A stretch of DNA of 64,000 nucleotides from a virus (lineage: Duplodnaviria; Caudoviricetes), in IMG/VR virus record IMGVR_UViG_3300044530_001128, positions 1,186 through 65,185 of that record. One strand, written 5' to 3'. Shown here in pieces: positions 28,965 to 39,459 of this stretch. How positions within the stretch are numbered: position 1 is the first letter of the stretch; each line of letters begins with the position of its first letter. The notes beneath the pieces are model-generated. The model searched no databases. It was given only the letters and a program-made list of their open reading frames with translations, and had not been told where the DNA came from. A program made the position numbers and the translations under genes.

Positions 28965-31919
28965 GTGGCCCTCAAACTCAAGCTGCGCATGCCTCTGCGG
29001 CCAGCGGTGCCGGTCGTCACGTCGCATCTTCCGTTGCGGCGGTTGCGCATGCCCGCATTGCAAACGGTTGCAAAATCCAAGCTTCCGACCGTCGCCAAAG
29101 GCACTCGCCCGTCTATTATGATCGTCCTCGATCCGATCATTACGGACAATCCCGAGGGCGTCACCGGCCCCGCGACGGGCCTGACATTCTCCAAGCTAAA
29201 GCCCTTCATGGAAGCGGCGGGGCTCAAGGGCGAGGACATCGTCTTCGTGTCGGCCTGCATGCCTGTAGACGAGGCCACCAACAAAAGCGAAAAGAAACTC
29301 GGCGCGGCTATCAAGGCCGACCGGGAGGAATTTGTTAAGGCCGTCTCCTACTGGCGTCCCAAGGTCATCGTCGCCATGGGCAAGTCTGCCGCCAGACAGG
29401 TCATGGACAAGGCCGTCAAGATTACCAAAATCCGGGGCATCGCAGTCACGGATGAAATGTTCAAAATCCCGGTGTTGCCCACGCTAGGCATTCACCATGT
29501 CTCCCGGGTACCGGAACACGCCGACGTACTTAGTGCCGATCTGCGCACCGTCGTGTCACTCATTCGGGACAAGTACACGGTTAAGACAAACGACATTCGC
29601 TCCAAGGCGGACCACAAGTGGTGCACCGATTTGTCACCTTACTTGGGGGCCAACAAGCCCAAGATCATAGGGCTCGACATAGAAGGATCGTCGTTCGGTC
29701 ATGGCTTTCCGCACTGGTACAATCCGCACGCTAAAATCCTGACGGTCCAGATTGCTACGGCTCCGGGCAAATCCGTCATTGTGCCTATCGACTACCCCAA
29801 GTATCCGATTGTCCCGCTTGTCAGGCAGCGCCTTGTGCGCCAGCTACGGCAATTGCTGCAAGACCCCGAAGTGGAATGCGTCGGGCACAATCTCAAGTTC
29901 GACATTATGCAACTGCGTGCAAAACTTGGCATCCGGGTAGCCAACTACAAGCACGACACGATCCTACTTGTGCACGCCCTCAACGAGAACCTTTTGACCA
30001 AGGGCCTCGATGACGTGACGCGCATCTATCTACCGGAATGGGCGGGGTACAAGGACGACCTTATCCGCAAGTACGGCGACGACATCTATGAGCGTATGCA
30101 CGAAGTCGAGCCGGATGACATGCTGGGTTACGGGTGCCCGGATAGCGATGTTGCGCTGCAGCTTGCCCTAATTCTTGACGCCAAGCTCAAGGCCGATCCC
30201 CGGGCGTACAACTGCTATACCCGCGTCACCATGCCCGCCCAGCGGGCGTTCTGCGACGTGGAGGAGCCGGGCCTAGTCATCAATCGCCCTGCTCTGTCTG
30301 CGCTGTACAACACCATCGCGGCGCATCAAGCTACCGAGGAGCGGCGTATCAAGGCGTTGGTACCGCCCCGTATTGCGGAAGGGTGCGAGACTACCGGCGT
30401 AGGCTTCAAGCTCACGAGGCCCAAGCTGTTGCTTGAGTGGCTGTTCACGCATCCTGACGGCTTGAAGCTCAAGCCCATGGCGTGGACTAAGAGCGGGGAA
30501 ATCTCCGTATCCACCAAGACCCATCTGACGTACTACAAGGACGAGTACCCCATTGTCTCGGACCTGATCGACTACGTTAAGAACGAGAAGCTCAAAGACA
30601 CCTTCATCGGCTTGGACGAACATGTCGATGACAAGGGCCGCACGGTCCCCAAGTCCGGGTTCTGGCAGTACATCACCCGTGACGGGCGCATCCACCCTTC
30701 GTATCTGCTGTTCGTAACTGTTACGGGGCGCTCGGCCAGCCGCGATCCCAACGGCCAGAATTTCCCCAAGCGCGCAGCCCCGGGCTCCATCACCGAGAAA
30801 TTTGTCAAGGCGTATCGATCCATCTTCGAAGCCCCTCCGGGCTACTGCCTTATCGAGTGCGATCTATCGCAGATCGAGCTACGTGTAGCGGGGATGCTCG
30901 CCAATGAGCCGACCTTCCTGAACATCTATCGGAGTGGGGGCGATATCCATTGCGCCACTGCCGCCGTCGTCATGGGCATTACCCTTGCCCAATTCATGGC
31001 CCTTAAAAAGGGCACGGCCGCAGAGCAAGCCATCTTCAAGATGCAGCGGTTCCGGGCCAAGGCGGTAAACTTCGGCTTCATCTATGGCATGGGGTGGAAG
31101 AAATTCCGGGCCTACGCCAAGACAGATTACAACATCAACCTCACCGAGGAAGAAGCCAAGGATATCCGCCGCAAGTTCTTCTCGGGCTATAGCAATCTGC
31201 CCGAGTGGCATCAGCAAATTAAGGACTTCGTCAAGAAGCATAAGTTTGTACGAGCCCTTGACGGTCGCGTTCGCCACCTTCCGGCCGTCATGTCTGACGA
31301 CGACTCGGCTAGCAGTATGGCGGAACGGCAGGCTATCAATTCTCCGGTGCAGGGCTTTGCGTCGGACTTGGGGCTAATGGCTATCGCCCGCATGAACGCC
31401 GAAGTACCCTACAGCCTGTTGCGGGTTATCGGGTTTGTACACGATGCTATCGTGTGCATCGCCCCTCTCGACAAAGCCGCCGAGGCTTGTCGGACAGTAA
31501 AGAGGTATATGGAAACCAACCCACTCAAGGAGTGGTTCAACATCACCATGAGCGTGCCCATTGTCGCAGAAGCGTCGGTTGGCTTGAATTTGAATGCCAT
31601 GCACGAGCTTGACGACAAAGTCCTTAACGACCAAGGTAACGAAACGTACTCCGATCTTGAGCAAGCGGCGCAGGGGCTACCCCGTCTGCCCCGGCCCACC
31701 CGCCGTAAACTGTTCATGCCCACTGCCCGTCCTGTCCAGCAAAGGAAGCCTCTATGCCGCCCCGTGTTAAAACCGTCGCCCCTGTCGCCGCCGTCAAAGT
31801 CCTTGAGGCCATTGAAGCCTTTGCAGCGGCCAATGACATCGCCCGCGAAGCCACCAGTGCTTCCAACCGCGCTAAGACTGCGGTCCGGAATGCGCTTAAG
31901 GGCTACGCCGCAGGGATAA
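28965..31919 (+). CDS. polA: Family A DNA polymerase with N-terminal UDG-like domain and 3'-5' exonuclease
   Basis: GLDIE, GHNLKFD, TGRSASRDPNGQNFP, DLSQIELR, RAKAVNFGFIYG, VHDAI; GTG start at 28965. Confidence 0.95.
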   Translation: MALKLKLRMPLRPAVPVVTSHLPLRRLRMPALQTVAKSKLPTVAKGTRPSIMIVLDPIITDNPEGVTGPATGLTFSKLKPFMEAAGLKGEDIVFVSACMPVDEATNKSEKKLGAAIKADREEFVKAVSYWRPKVIVAMGKSAARQVMDKAVKITKIRGIAVTDEMFKIPVLPTLGIHHVSRVPEHADVLSADLRTVVSLIRDKYTVKTNDIRSKADHKWCTDLSPYLGANKPKIIGLDIEGSSFGHGFPHWYNPHAKILTVQIATAPGKSVIVPIDYPKYPIVPLVRQRLVRQLRQLLQDPEVECVGHNLKFDIMQLRAKLGIRVANYKHDTILLVHALNENLLTKGLDDVTRIYLPEWAGYKDDLIRKYGDDIYERMHEVEPDDMLGYGCPDSDVALQLALILDAKLKADPRAYNCYTRVTMPAQRAFCDVEEPGLVINRPALSALYNTIAAHQATEERRIKALVPPRIAEGCETTGVGFKLTRPKLLLEWLFTHPDGLKLKPMAWTKSGEISVSTKTHLTYYKDEYPIVSDLIDYVKNEKLKDTFIGLDEHVDDKGRTVPKSGFWQYITRDGRIHPSYLLFVTVTGRSASRDPNGQNFPKRAAPGSITEKFVKAYRSIFEAPPGYCLIECDLSQIELRVAGMLANEPTFLNIYRSGGDIHCATAAVVMGITLAQFMALKKGTAAEQAIFKMQRFRAKAVNFGFIYGMGWKKFRAYAKTDYNINLTEEEAKDIRRKFFSGYSNLPEWHQQIKDFVKKHKFVRALDGRVRHLPAVMSDDDSASSMAERQAINSPVQGFASDLGLMAIARMNAEVPYSLLRVIGFVHDAIVCIAPLDKAAEACRTVKRYMETNPLKEWFNITMSVPIVAEASVGLNLNAMHELDDKVLNDQGNETYSDLEQAAQGLPRLPRPTRRKLFMPTARPVQQRKPLCRPVLKPSPLSPPSKSLRPLKPLQRPMTSPAKPPVLPTALRLRSGMRLRATPQG

Positions 31920-32341
31920 AGGCGACCGAGCCTCCGCGTATGCTGTATCAGGGGAGCCTGTATATGGTGGACGTTACGGAGAGCGAGGAAATCGATGCAG
32001 CCAAGTGGCTCGAAATGCTGGAGGCTGGGGACATTTCCCGGGAACAGTATCTCGAAGCCATCAGCGTCGGCAAGGAAGCCGCCAAGGCCATTATCGGGGA
32101 GGATCAGGTCAACACGATCTGCCAAACCATCTATGGCAAGAAAGCCGACGTGCGCGTCGTCAAGTACGATGGAGCGGAAAAACCGGATGGTTCGGTACTT
32201 GCTACGGAAAGGAAAACGGGGTTAAATCGTATCTCTTCCCTAGCGGTCGGTTCGGTCCGCCCTTTGCAACCGGTTGCAAATCAGCCGCCCAAGCTCAAGG
32301 TGCCGGTACGCCGACTGATCATGCCGTTGCGCAAACCATAG
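31754..32341 (+). CDS. Hypothetical protein
   Basis: RBS AAAGGAAG; overlaps the polA 3' end by 166 nt. Confidence 0.75.
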   Translation: MPPRVKTVAPVAAVKVLEAIEAFAAANDIAREATSASNRAKTAVRNALKGYAAGIKATEPPRMLYQGSLYMVDVTESEEIDAAKWLEMLEAGDISREQYLEAISVGKEAAKAIIGEDQVNTICQTIYGKKADVRVVKYDGAEKPDGSVLATERKTGLNRISSLAVGSVRPLQPVANQPPKLKVPVRRLIMPLRKP

Positions 32342-32350
32342 GATACCAGC

Positions 32351-32818
32351 ATGTCCGCCACCATTGCCAAGCTAGACGAAAGCCTGCGCTCCGAATTGCT
32401 CCAGAAGCGCGCCAAACAGGCCCGGGACGACGAAGTCGAACTGCCGATCATCGGCATGTCGGAAACCTTGCTCGGGCCGATGACCGACGACGAGCGTGAA
32501 CTGTTTCTCGACCTCGCCTACTACAGCGGCGAATTCGATGAAGCCCGCAAGACCATGATCGCGGACTTCTATGTCCGGGCCGGTAATGAGCTTCGCGCCA
32601 TCGACCATATGGACAAGTTCGATCCCTCCAAATCGAACGTGTTCCATTCGGCCGAAGATGCGCGGGGCTTCTTCGAATTGCAGGCCATGGTGGAATGCCT
32701 GCACGGCCTGCTCGCCGTCAGGCTGGGCCAGCGTTTCGGCTTCGGTCAGAAGTTCGGTTATCGCAAGGGCTTCAACATCGTCCGTACCGGTTACAAGTAC
32801 GACAACAAGTTCAAGTGA
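32351..32818 (+). CDS. Hypothetical protein
   Basis: RBS AGGA; good codon bias. Confidence 0.7.
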   Translation: MSATIAKLDESLRSELLQKRAKQARDDEVELPIIGMSETLLGPMTDDERELFLDLAYYSGEFDEARKTMIADFYVRAGNELRAIDHMDKFDPSKSNVFHSAEDARGFFELQAMVECLHGLLAVRLGQRFGFGQKFGYRKGFNIVRTGYKYDNKFK

Positions 32819-33927
32819 ACCGCGCAGCTATCCTTGAGGTAGCCACGTATCTAGGGTTTGGGGCACCTGCCCGCATCCAAGCCTCGCCTAAGTGGATTAC
32901 CTACCCCTGCCCCTTTGCCAAGTGGACGCACGGCAATGGGTCGGATCGCCAGCCGTCATTCGGCATCCATGTAAACAAGAACGGCGAGAGTTTCTATTCT
33001 TGCTTCGCGTGCAAGGAAAAGGGTCCACTTGCGGGCATACCCTACAAACTTGGCCGTCTGCGGCAAACGGGTACGGATGGCTGGGCGCTCATCCAAGCCC
33101 AAGCCGATAAGATCAAAGAAATTGAAATTCTCGGGGAACAAGTAATCCCCCGGCCCTATGGGGAAAAGTATGAGGACGAAGAGGGTAAGGAAGTTTCTTG
33201 GGTTCCACCGGACCGATGGACAGAATTCCGGTACCCCCGAAGTATCTGGCACCCCTACACCGCCGGTCGAGGGATTGACATGCTCACCTCGGTCCGTCTT
33301 CGTCTCAGATACGATGCTTTTCAACGACGCATCCTCTTTCCTCTTTATGCGCCATGGGGCCAATTCGCAGGTTTTTCGGGTCGTAGAATTGACCCTCCCG
33401 CCGGATACGACATCGATGGACTTCCAATCGAACAGAACGGGGACAAGTACATTAAGGTGCGAGATTACTTTGGACTCCCAAAGCGAAAGTTTTTTCTTGG
33501 GGGAGAGCAGGCACAGCGTCGAATACGACCACCTAATCATGGAGACTATCGACGGACAACTCCGACAAGTCCGTACAGGGAGAGAGCCGATTGTGTCCTT
33601 ATCTGTGAAGGTTCATTCGACTACGCAGCGCTTGAGAGACTGGCTCTCGGATATCCTCTTGCGAATTTAGGATCGGCTATGACCGATGAAAAGGTACAAT
33701 TCCTAAAGAACCTCAATCTGCCCGTCGTTAATTTCTTCGACAATGACGACGGCGGAAAGGCGGCATGGCGGGACCTCTGCAAGCAAATGTGGGGCTTTGT
33801 GCCGCTGCTACGAACCAAGTATCCTGCCGGATACGAGGATGCCGACCCCTCGCAGCTTCCGGATAACGTGATCCGCCATATGTTTGACAATCGCGAATTG
33901 GTGCTAAAGCCCCCGGTTGACTTCTAA
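32815..33927 (+). CDS. dnaG: DNA primase (Zn finger plus TOPRIM)
   Basis: CPF...H...PSF...SCFAC; RILFP...GFSGR; LICEGSFD; FFDNDDGG; GTGA overlap start. Confidence 0.9.
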   Translation: MNRAAILEVATYLGFGAPARIQASPKWITYPCPFAKWTHGNGSDRQPSFGIHVNKNGESFYSCFACKEKGPLAGIPYKLGRLRQTGTDGWALIQAQADKIKEIEILGEQVIPRPYGEKYEDEEGKEVSWVPPDRWTEFRYPRSIWHPYTAGRGIDMLTSVRLRLRYDAFQRRILFPLYAPWGQFAGFSGRRIDPPAGYDIDGLPIEQNGDKYIKVRDYFGLPKRKFFLGGEQAQRRIRPPNHGDYRRTTPTSPYRERADCVLICEGSFDYAALERLALGYPLANLGSAMTDEKVQFLKNLNLPVVNFFDNDDGGKAAWRDLCKQMWGFVPLLRTKYPAGYEDADPSQLPDNVIRHMFDNRELVLKPPVDF

Positions 33928-34020
33928 AATCCGATCCTATAGATTAGGGGCATCCTTGGTTCTGCAATCGTTTGCAAAGCCAGCGAGACAAACCCATAGT
34001 ACCCATAGGACCAACCGATC

Positions 34021-34950
34021 ATGGCTCTCCTCAAGAAACCCGTCACTGGCACGCTCCTCTCCCGTCCCGCAGGCACCGCGCTCGCCAAGCCCGGGGTAAA
34101 TCCCGGAGGCTTCAAGCCCCTTGCCACGCGTCCCATCGCGCGCCCGTCCAGTGACCCGTTCGGCGGTCCCTCCGTCGATCCGACCCTCGTCCAGCCCGAG
34201 GGTTTTGTGCGCAGCGATCAGATCAACGCCGAGAACGCACGCAACCGCGAAGTCCGCATGGCTACCCCGTACCCGTTCCGCATGAGCGTCGGCGAAAAGG
34301 GCAGCGACATGCAGGACGGCGTGCGCATCGTGATCACCGACACGGCCCGTGCCGCCAAGCAAGGCATGCCGTACGACAAGATCAAGAACTCGCCGTTCTT
34401 CTGCTACATGCACCATTGGGGCTACGAGGAGAAGAAATACCAATCGGAAGTGTGCATCCGGGACGGCTCCGAGGGATGCCCGCTCTGCGCCCGTCTCGGC
34501 AAGGAAGGTAGCTGGGAAATGATGCTGACATGCATCGACTCCCGGCCGTACACTCCGAAGTCGGGGCCGAACGCAGGCAAGACGGTTCCCATTTCCCGCA
34601 AGCTCTATCAGGTCAAGACCGGCGTCCAGCCGCAGTTCCAACGCCTGTGGATGCAGCACCACACCTATCGTGGCATGGTGCTGCGGTGCTTCCGGGATAA
34701 CTCCCGTTCGCCGTCTGCTGGCTCCACGGTCCAGTTCGAACGTATGATGTCGGAGGCGGAATTGACCGCCCTCGCCAACAAGTTCAAGAGCAAGGAATTG
34801 ATCACCCCGACCAATTACGAGGTGGCCTTCCGTCGTCCGACCCATGCGGACCTCGTGAAGCGCTTCGGCGGGACCGGGGCAGGTGCGATGCTCGGCGCGG
34901 CTGACAGCCAGACCGATGCAGGTGTGTCCGGGGACGACATTCCGTTCTAG
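34021..34950 (+). CDS. Single-stranded DNA-binding protein (Zn-binding, gp32-like)
   Basis: H...C.......CPLC motif and acidic C-terminal tail DDIPF. Confidence 0.8.
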   Translation: MALLKKPVTGTLLSRPAGTALAKPGVNPGGFKPLATRPIARPSSDPFGGPSVDPTLVQPEGFVRSDQINAENARNREVRMATPYPFRMSVGEKGSDMQDGVRIVITDTARAAKQGMPYDKIKNSPFFCYMHHWGYEEKKYQSEVCIRDGSEGCPLCARLGKEGSWEMMLTCIDSRPYTPKSGPNAGKTVPISRKLYQVKTGVQPQFQRLWMQHHTYRGMVLRCFRDNSRSPSAGSTVQFERMMSEAELTALANKFKSKELITPTNYEVAFRRPTHADLVKRFGGTGAGAMLGAADSQTDAGVSGDDIPF

Positions 34951-35064
34951 TGGCTTACCCGAACAAGGCCACGGTTCTAGCGTTCCAGTGGCCTTGCTTA
35001 GACGGTCACCGAGGGGGCGGCGGGGAGGATAGACCCCGCCGCTTCCCCCTTCCCGGGGTACATT

Positions 35065-36603
35065 ATGCGAAGAATTCCAGTCATTACCGGTATGGCCTAC
35101 GTGCCAACTACGATGGTCCCTGTACAGCGGATCATTAACGAGTTGCAGGTAGAATACTGGCGTCCTGCCCAAGACAGCCCCGATATCGAAGCGGACGATA
35201 TGACGGACGGGCAAGTGCAGCCGACCGACGAGCGTATGTTGCTCGCTGCCTATGACCTCTCCATACCCGGCTTCATTGGCCTGCCCCGCTGGTATGCCGC
35301 AAACAAGTATGCCCATATCAAGTTTCTTGACAGGACTGTCCGCGCGGCGCGCGACCCTGCCATGTTCGACGCCTGCACGCTAAAGCCGCGTAATCAGGAC
35401 CAGAAAGATTTCTTTGACGACATGATTGCGGCTTGCCGGATGCCGGGGCCAGTGGACAACGTCGCCAATGCCCGTACTGGCGCGGGTAAGACCGCTGCCG
35501 TTTTGCACACGATTGCAAAAGAGATACAGGCCCCTTCGCTTATCATAGTGCCGAAGCACAAGCTCCTGCGCCAATGGTATATGGCTATCGAAAAGTATTT
35601 CAATCCGGAGTGGGCCTACCATAACGTAGGGTGGGTGTACTCCAAGCAAATAGGCTGGGAGAACAAGCCCATAGTCCTTGGCATGCTGCCTAGCATCGCA
35701 ATGCGCGACTATGGCCTAGCCTTCTACCGCAACTTCTCTTTCGTCGGCATTGACGAATACCACAATGCGGGGACGCCACGCGGCCAGAACATCCTCTCCA
35801 AGTTTCATGCCCGTATCCGTATCGGGGTAACTGCCACCAATCGTACCGATGTCGGGTACCGTCTGCAGCGCTGGCATATGGGGCCTCCCCGTATCAAGTC
35901 CAAGCAACAGGTCATGGCTCCCCGGGCATACGTCGTGGACTACCAGACCGAGGTTAACCAGCGAGATATCAATCCCCGGTATATGACCAGCATCTTGGCT
36001 TTCCAGCGCCATGACCGGGATGAACTGCTCGCCCGTATCATCAAGACCGGGTATCTGCGGGACCGTCAAATGGTCGTGCTGTCCGACCGCATCGAACACC
36101 TTGAGAAATTGCAACGGATTGCAAATTCGACCCATGGCATTCCCTACAGCGCCATGGGACTTGTCACCGGCCAGCGATCCGGCAAACCCAAGAAAATGCC
36201 AAACGGGCAGTGGAAAACTCCCCGCATCAAACAGAGCGAGGACGAGCAAGCGGAGTACGCTCTGCGCCAAATCCGGTTTGCTACCTATGGCATCTTCGGG
36301 GAAGGCACGGACATCGAGGAGCTTGATTGGGGGTTAGAAGCCACTCCCCGGGGCAAGATCGTACAGGCTCTCGGCCGTATCGTCCGTCTCGCGGAAGGCA
36401 AGGAAACCCCGGAATGGTACTCGATCCGGGACATCGTAATTCAGCCAGAACTTATGTCGGGGATATTCGTTGACCCGAACGCCGACCGCGTGTACCCTGA
36501 TCTGATCAAAACTCACCGGGGGCGCATGGCGTCCTTCAAAGAGCAGAATGCTACGGTTGTTTCGGCCAAGATCGAGGACATAGAGGCGCTTATCAATGTT
36601 TAA
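35065..36603 (+). CDS. SF2 DNA helicase (UvsW/Rad25-like)
   Basis: RTGAGKT, IDEYH, VTAT, EGTDI and QALGRIVR motifs. Confidence 0.9.
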   Translation: MRRIPVITGMAYVPTTMVPVQRIINELQVEYWRPAQDSPDIEADDMTDGQVQPTDERMLLAAYDLSIPGFIGLPRWYAANKYAHIKFLDRTVRAARDPAMFDACTLKPRNQDQKDFFDDMIAACRMPGPVDNVANARTGAGKTAAVLHTIAKEIQAPSLIIVPKHKLLRQWYMAIEKYFNPEWAYHNVGWVYSKQIGWENKPIVLGMLPSIAMRDYGLAFYRNFSFVGIDEYHNAGTPRGQNILSKFHARIRIGVTATNRTDVGYRLQRWHMGPPRIKSKQQVMAPRAYVVDYQTEVNQRDINPRYMTSILAFQRHDRDELLARIIKTGYLRDRQMVVLSDRIEHLEKLQRIANSTHGIPYSAMGLVTGQRSGKPKKMPNGQWKTPRIKQSEDEQAEYALRQIRFATYGIFGEGTDIEELDWGLEATPRGKIVQALGRIVRLAEGKETPEWYSIRDIVIQPELMSGIFVDPNADRVYPDLIKTHRGRMASFKEQNATVVSAKIEDIEALINV

Positions 36604-37171
36604 GGCTAAGCCACCCCCTCCGCACCTTCGTAAGACTATCGTAACCCCTGTAAGGGAGCCGGTGGTTATTGTCGAAGAGCGTGATCTGGCGGCACAACGC
36701 CGGGCTCGCTACCAGCAAGACGAGGAGCATCGGCAGCGAGTGCTTATCGCTAACCGGCGCAATCGCAGGGCCAAGAACCCCGATGTCTACCAGATGGACG
36801 GAAAGGAAGCGGAAAGACGGCTGGATATCCACGCATCCATCATCAATGTGCGAAAGCCGACCGGGATGCTTGTTGACGCACCGATACTATCTATCCGGGG
36901 GTTGTCAATAGTTCTCGGCCGGGACTACAATACGATCATTAACTGGATTAAGCGGGAGCTTTTACCGGCCCCCGTTTTAACGGTCACGTCCGGCCTCCAT
37001 TCGGGGATCAACGTGTACCATCGTGAGGAAATCGCCGTTGTTATCGGAGAGTTAACACGGCATTTTCGGGGTGTGGCTCGCTACAACCAAACTCACGTAA
37101 CGACGATTGACCGCATCAAGGCGGCAGTCGGTAGTGTAAGGGCTTCACTCAAGTACGAGGATAAAGGATAA
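36596..37171 (+). CDS. MerR/excisionase-like HTH protein
   Basis: LSIRGLSIVLGRDYNTIINWIKRELLPAP helix-turn-helix. Confidence 0.7.
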   Translation: MFKAKPPPPHLRKTIVTPVREPVVIVEERDLAAQRRARYQQDEEHRQRVLIANRRNRRAKNPDVYQMDGKEAERRLDIHASIINVRKPTGMLVDAPILSIRGLSIVLGRDYNTIINWIKRELLPAPVLTVTSGLHSGINVYHREEIAVVIGELTRHFRGVARYNQTHVTTIDRIKAAVGSVRASLKYEDKG

Positions 37172-38070
37172 TGGCTATGGCACTCAAAAAAGTCGGCGCT
37201 GCCGCTGCTACCCCCGCCACTGCGAAGGTCGCGGCGGTCGTCGCCAAGACCGCTCCGAAGACGGTCGCCAAGGTCGAGGAGCCCGCCGTGGAAGACACGA
37301 CGGAAGTCCGCGAGTCCAAGGTCGTCGTCACACGTACCGCCATCGCGGGCGGCGTCGAGGCCGATCCGTCGAACGAGGAACACGTCATCGCGGTGAACAA
37401 ATTCATCACGACGCCGCAGATGACGACGGTGACGGTCGGCTCCACCCGCAATGTCGGGGACAGCAACTTCATCAAGTGTTCGGTCGCCGTCTCGATCCCG
37501 TCGTATCGCGAGGAAAGCGATCAGGCGTTCGAAGTCGCGGGCGAGAAGGCCATGGCCTATCTCGGCGCGATTATGACCGAGGCCAGCGTCGAGACGATCT
37601 TCCAGAACGCCGGTGCCACGGCTGACGACGGCGTCGGCGACGCCTTGGCCGAGGGTGCTGGTGAGGACGCCGGGGCCGAAGGCGCGGTCGAAGAGACGGC
37701 CGAGGCCGACGACGGCGAGATCACGCCCGAGAAGATCAGGGCGATGTCCGAAGAGGAACTGACGGCCCTGTGCGCCGCCAACCAGATCGAAATCTCGATG
37801 GACGGCATCGAGACGGTCGATCAGCTTGCCGAGGCGGTCATCGCCGCCGCGTTCGAAGCCGAGGATGGCGGCGAAGCCCAAGGCGCGGATGACGCCGCTG
37901 CGGCCGACTTCGTGCCGTACACGGACGCCGACCTCACGGCCATGAGCATCGCTCAGTTGAAGGAGGTCGTCGTAAGCTGGGGCCTCGACTCGGCTTCCAT
38001 CTTCAAGGGTCCGCCCCCGGCCCAGAAGAACGCCGCCAAGAAGGCGATCCTCGCCGCGCAGGAGGGATAG
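37171..38070 (+). CDS. Acidic protein with two HEH/SAP-like motifs
   Basis: IRAMSEEELTALCAANQI and LTAMSIAQLKEVVVSWGL; K/A-rich N-terminus; strong codon bias. Confidence 0.6.
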   Translation: MAMALKKVGAAAATPATAKVAAVVAKTAPKTVAKVEEPAVEDTTEVRESKVVVTRTAIAGGVEADPSNEEHVIAVNKFITTPQMTTVTVGSTRNVGDSNFIKCSVAVSIPSYREESDQAFEVAGEKAMAYLGAIMTEASVETIFQNAGATADDGVGDALAEGAGEDAGAEGAVEETAEADDGEITPEKIRAMSEEELTALCAANQIEISMDGIETVDQLAEAVIAAAFEAEDGGEAQGADDAAAADFVPYTDADLTAMSIAQLKEVVVSWGLDSASIFKGPPPAQKNAAKKAILAAQEG

Positions 38071-38101
38071 CCAGCGACTTGTCTCCCGCTGGTTAGCTAA
38101 A

Positions 38102-38133
38102 GGGGGTGGGCTTCGGCCTACCCCCTTCTTTTT
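38102..38133 (+). terminator. Intrinsic terminator
   Basis: GGGGGTGGGC TTCG GCCTACCCCC followed by TTCTTTTT. Confidence 0.85.
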
Positions 38134-38154
38134 CCTCTTGTCGATAGGTAGTCC

Positions 38155-39459
38155 ATGGCGCTCAAACTTATCGTCCCGGAAGGCGTAACCCTCGCCCCGG
38201 CTGCAGGCACCGTTACTTTGCAACCGATTGCAAAAACGGGCCTAGTGCTACCTCCCAAGTATTCGGCCGCTACGGCTCCCCCGCCTGTCACCACCAAGTC
38301 GGGGTTGAAGCGCAGGCCCATGTCGTCCGTAACCCTTACGGAGCATGCAATCAGTGGCGAGCTAGGCGCGGTCATCGCGCAGGTTAAGGCCAATTCCCCC
38401 GGAGTTATGCGCCTCGCCAGCGCCCCGGCCTTCAACGTAGGGCGACTGCGTTCCGGTATCCTCGCCGTCGATATGGCATTGGCCGGGGGCTTCCTTATCA
38501 GCCGTGGGCACATGCTGTACGGACACAAGTCCGCTGGTAAATCCACCTTGTCGCTGATCTACGCCAAGTGCATGCAGCGCATGTTCCCGGACATGACGGT
38601 CGTGTACCTAGACGTGGAAGGTACCTTCGATCCGGCATGGGCTATCAAGCTCGGCGTGGACATCACCCGCCTGCTAGTTGTCGAGCCCGAGAGCGGGGAA
38701 CACGCGGTCGATCTTGCCGACGCCGTGATCCGCGCCGCCGAGACTTCCATGCTTATCGTGGATAGCATCGCCATGCTTACCCCGATGAAGGAAATCACCG
38801 ATAGCGCGGAACAGTCGCTACCCGGCATCCATGCCCGTCTCATGGGCAACATGCTGCGGCGGGCTACCAATGCCCTACTGCAGGAGCGTCACCGTGGGCA
38901 TACGCCTACGATCATGTACCTCAACCAGTTCCGTATGAGCATCGGCGTCACCTTCGGTGACCCTCGCGTCATCCCGGGCGGGCAGGCCCTTGGCTTTGCC
39001 GTCACGCAGCAGATGGAGCTAAGCAACAAGGAACAGTACGCCAACAAGAAGGAACGCTTCGAACAAAAGACCAAGAAGGGGCTCGGGGCGCAGGAAAAGG
39101 TCGAAGCCCTATCCGCCGACGACGCCCCCAAGCTGCAGTCGGTCATCGCCAACGAACACACCTTCAAGGTCACGAAGGACAAGACGGGCGGACGTATCAA
39201 GGAAGGTATGTTCCGCATCATCCGGGACGAAAGCACCGGCAAGCCGGTCGGCTTCGTGGATCAGGCGAACACCATCATTCAGGTCGGCCTGATGACGGGG
39301 CAGTTCACCGGGTCCAAACAGTCCTTCGACATCCCTGACTTCGGCAACTTCCGGGGAGCGCCCGCTCTCACCGAGAAGTTCATCAGCGATCCCGAGGTAC
39401 AGGATATCATCGTGGATCGTCTCGTCGGGTTCTATCGTGAGAAGTGGAACGTGACATGA
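38155..39459 (+). CDS. recA: RecA/UvsX-like recombinase
   Basis: SGILAVDMALAGG, YGHKSAGKST, YLDVEG, IVDSIA, LNQFR and PGGQAL motifs. Confidence 0.93.
   Translation: MALKLIVPEGVTLAPAAGTVTLQPIAKTGLVLPPKYSAATAPPPVTTKSGLKRRPMSSVTLTEHAISGELGAVIAQVKANSPGVMRLASAPAFNVGRLRSGILAVDMALAGGFLISRGHMLYGHKSAGKSTLSLIYAKCMQRMFPDMTVVYLDVEGTFDPAWAIKLGVDITRLLVVEPESGEHAVDLADAVIRAAETSMLIVDSIAMLTPMKEITDSAEQSLPGIHARLMGNMLRRATNALLQERHRGHTPTIMYLNQFRMSIGVTFGDPRVIPGGQALGFAVTQQMELSNKEQYANKKERFEQKTKKGLGAQEKVEALSADDAPKLQSVIANEHTFKVTKDKTGGRIKEGMFRIIRDESTGKPVGFVDQANTIIQVGLMTGQFTGSKQSFDIPDFGNFRGAPALTEKFISDPEVQDIIVDRLVGFYREKWNVT

Noticed and set aside
28965-39459. Inteins or introns in polA, helicase or recA
   Set aside because: Motif spacing is continuous, with no C...HN intein ends or homing endonuclease
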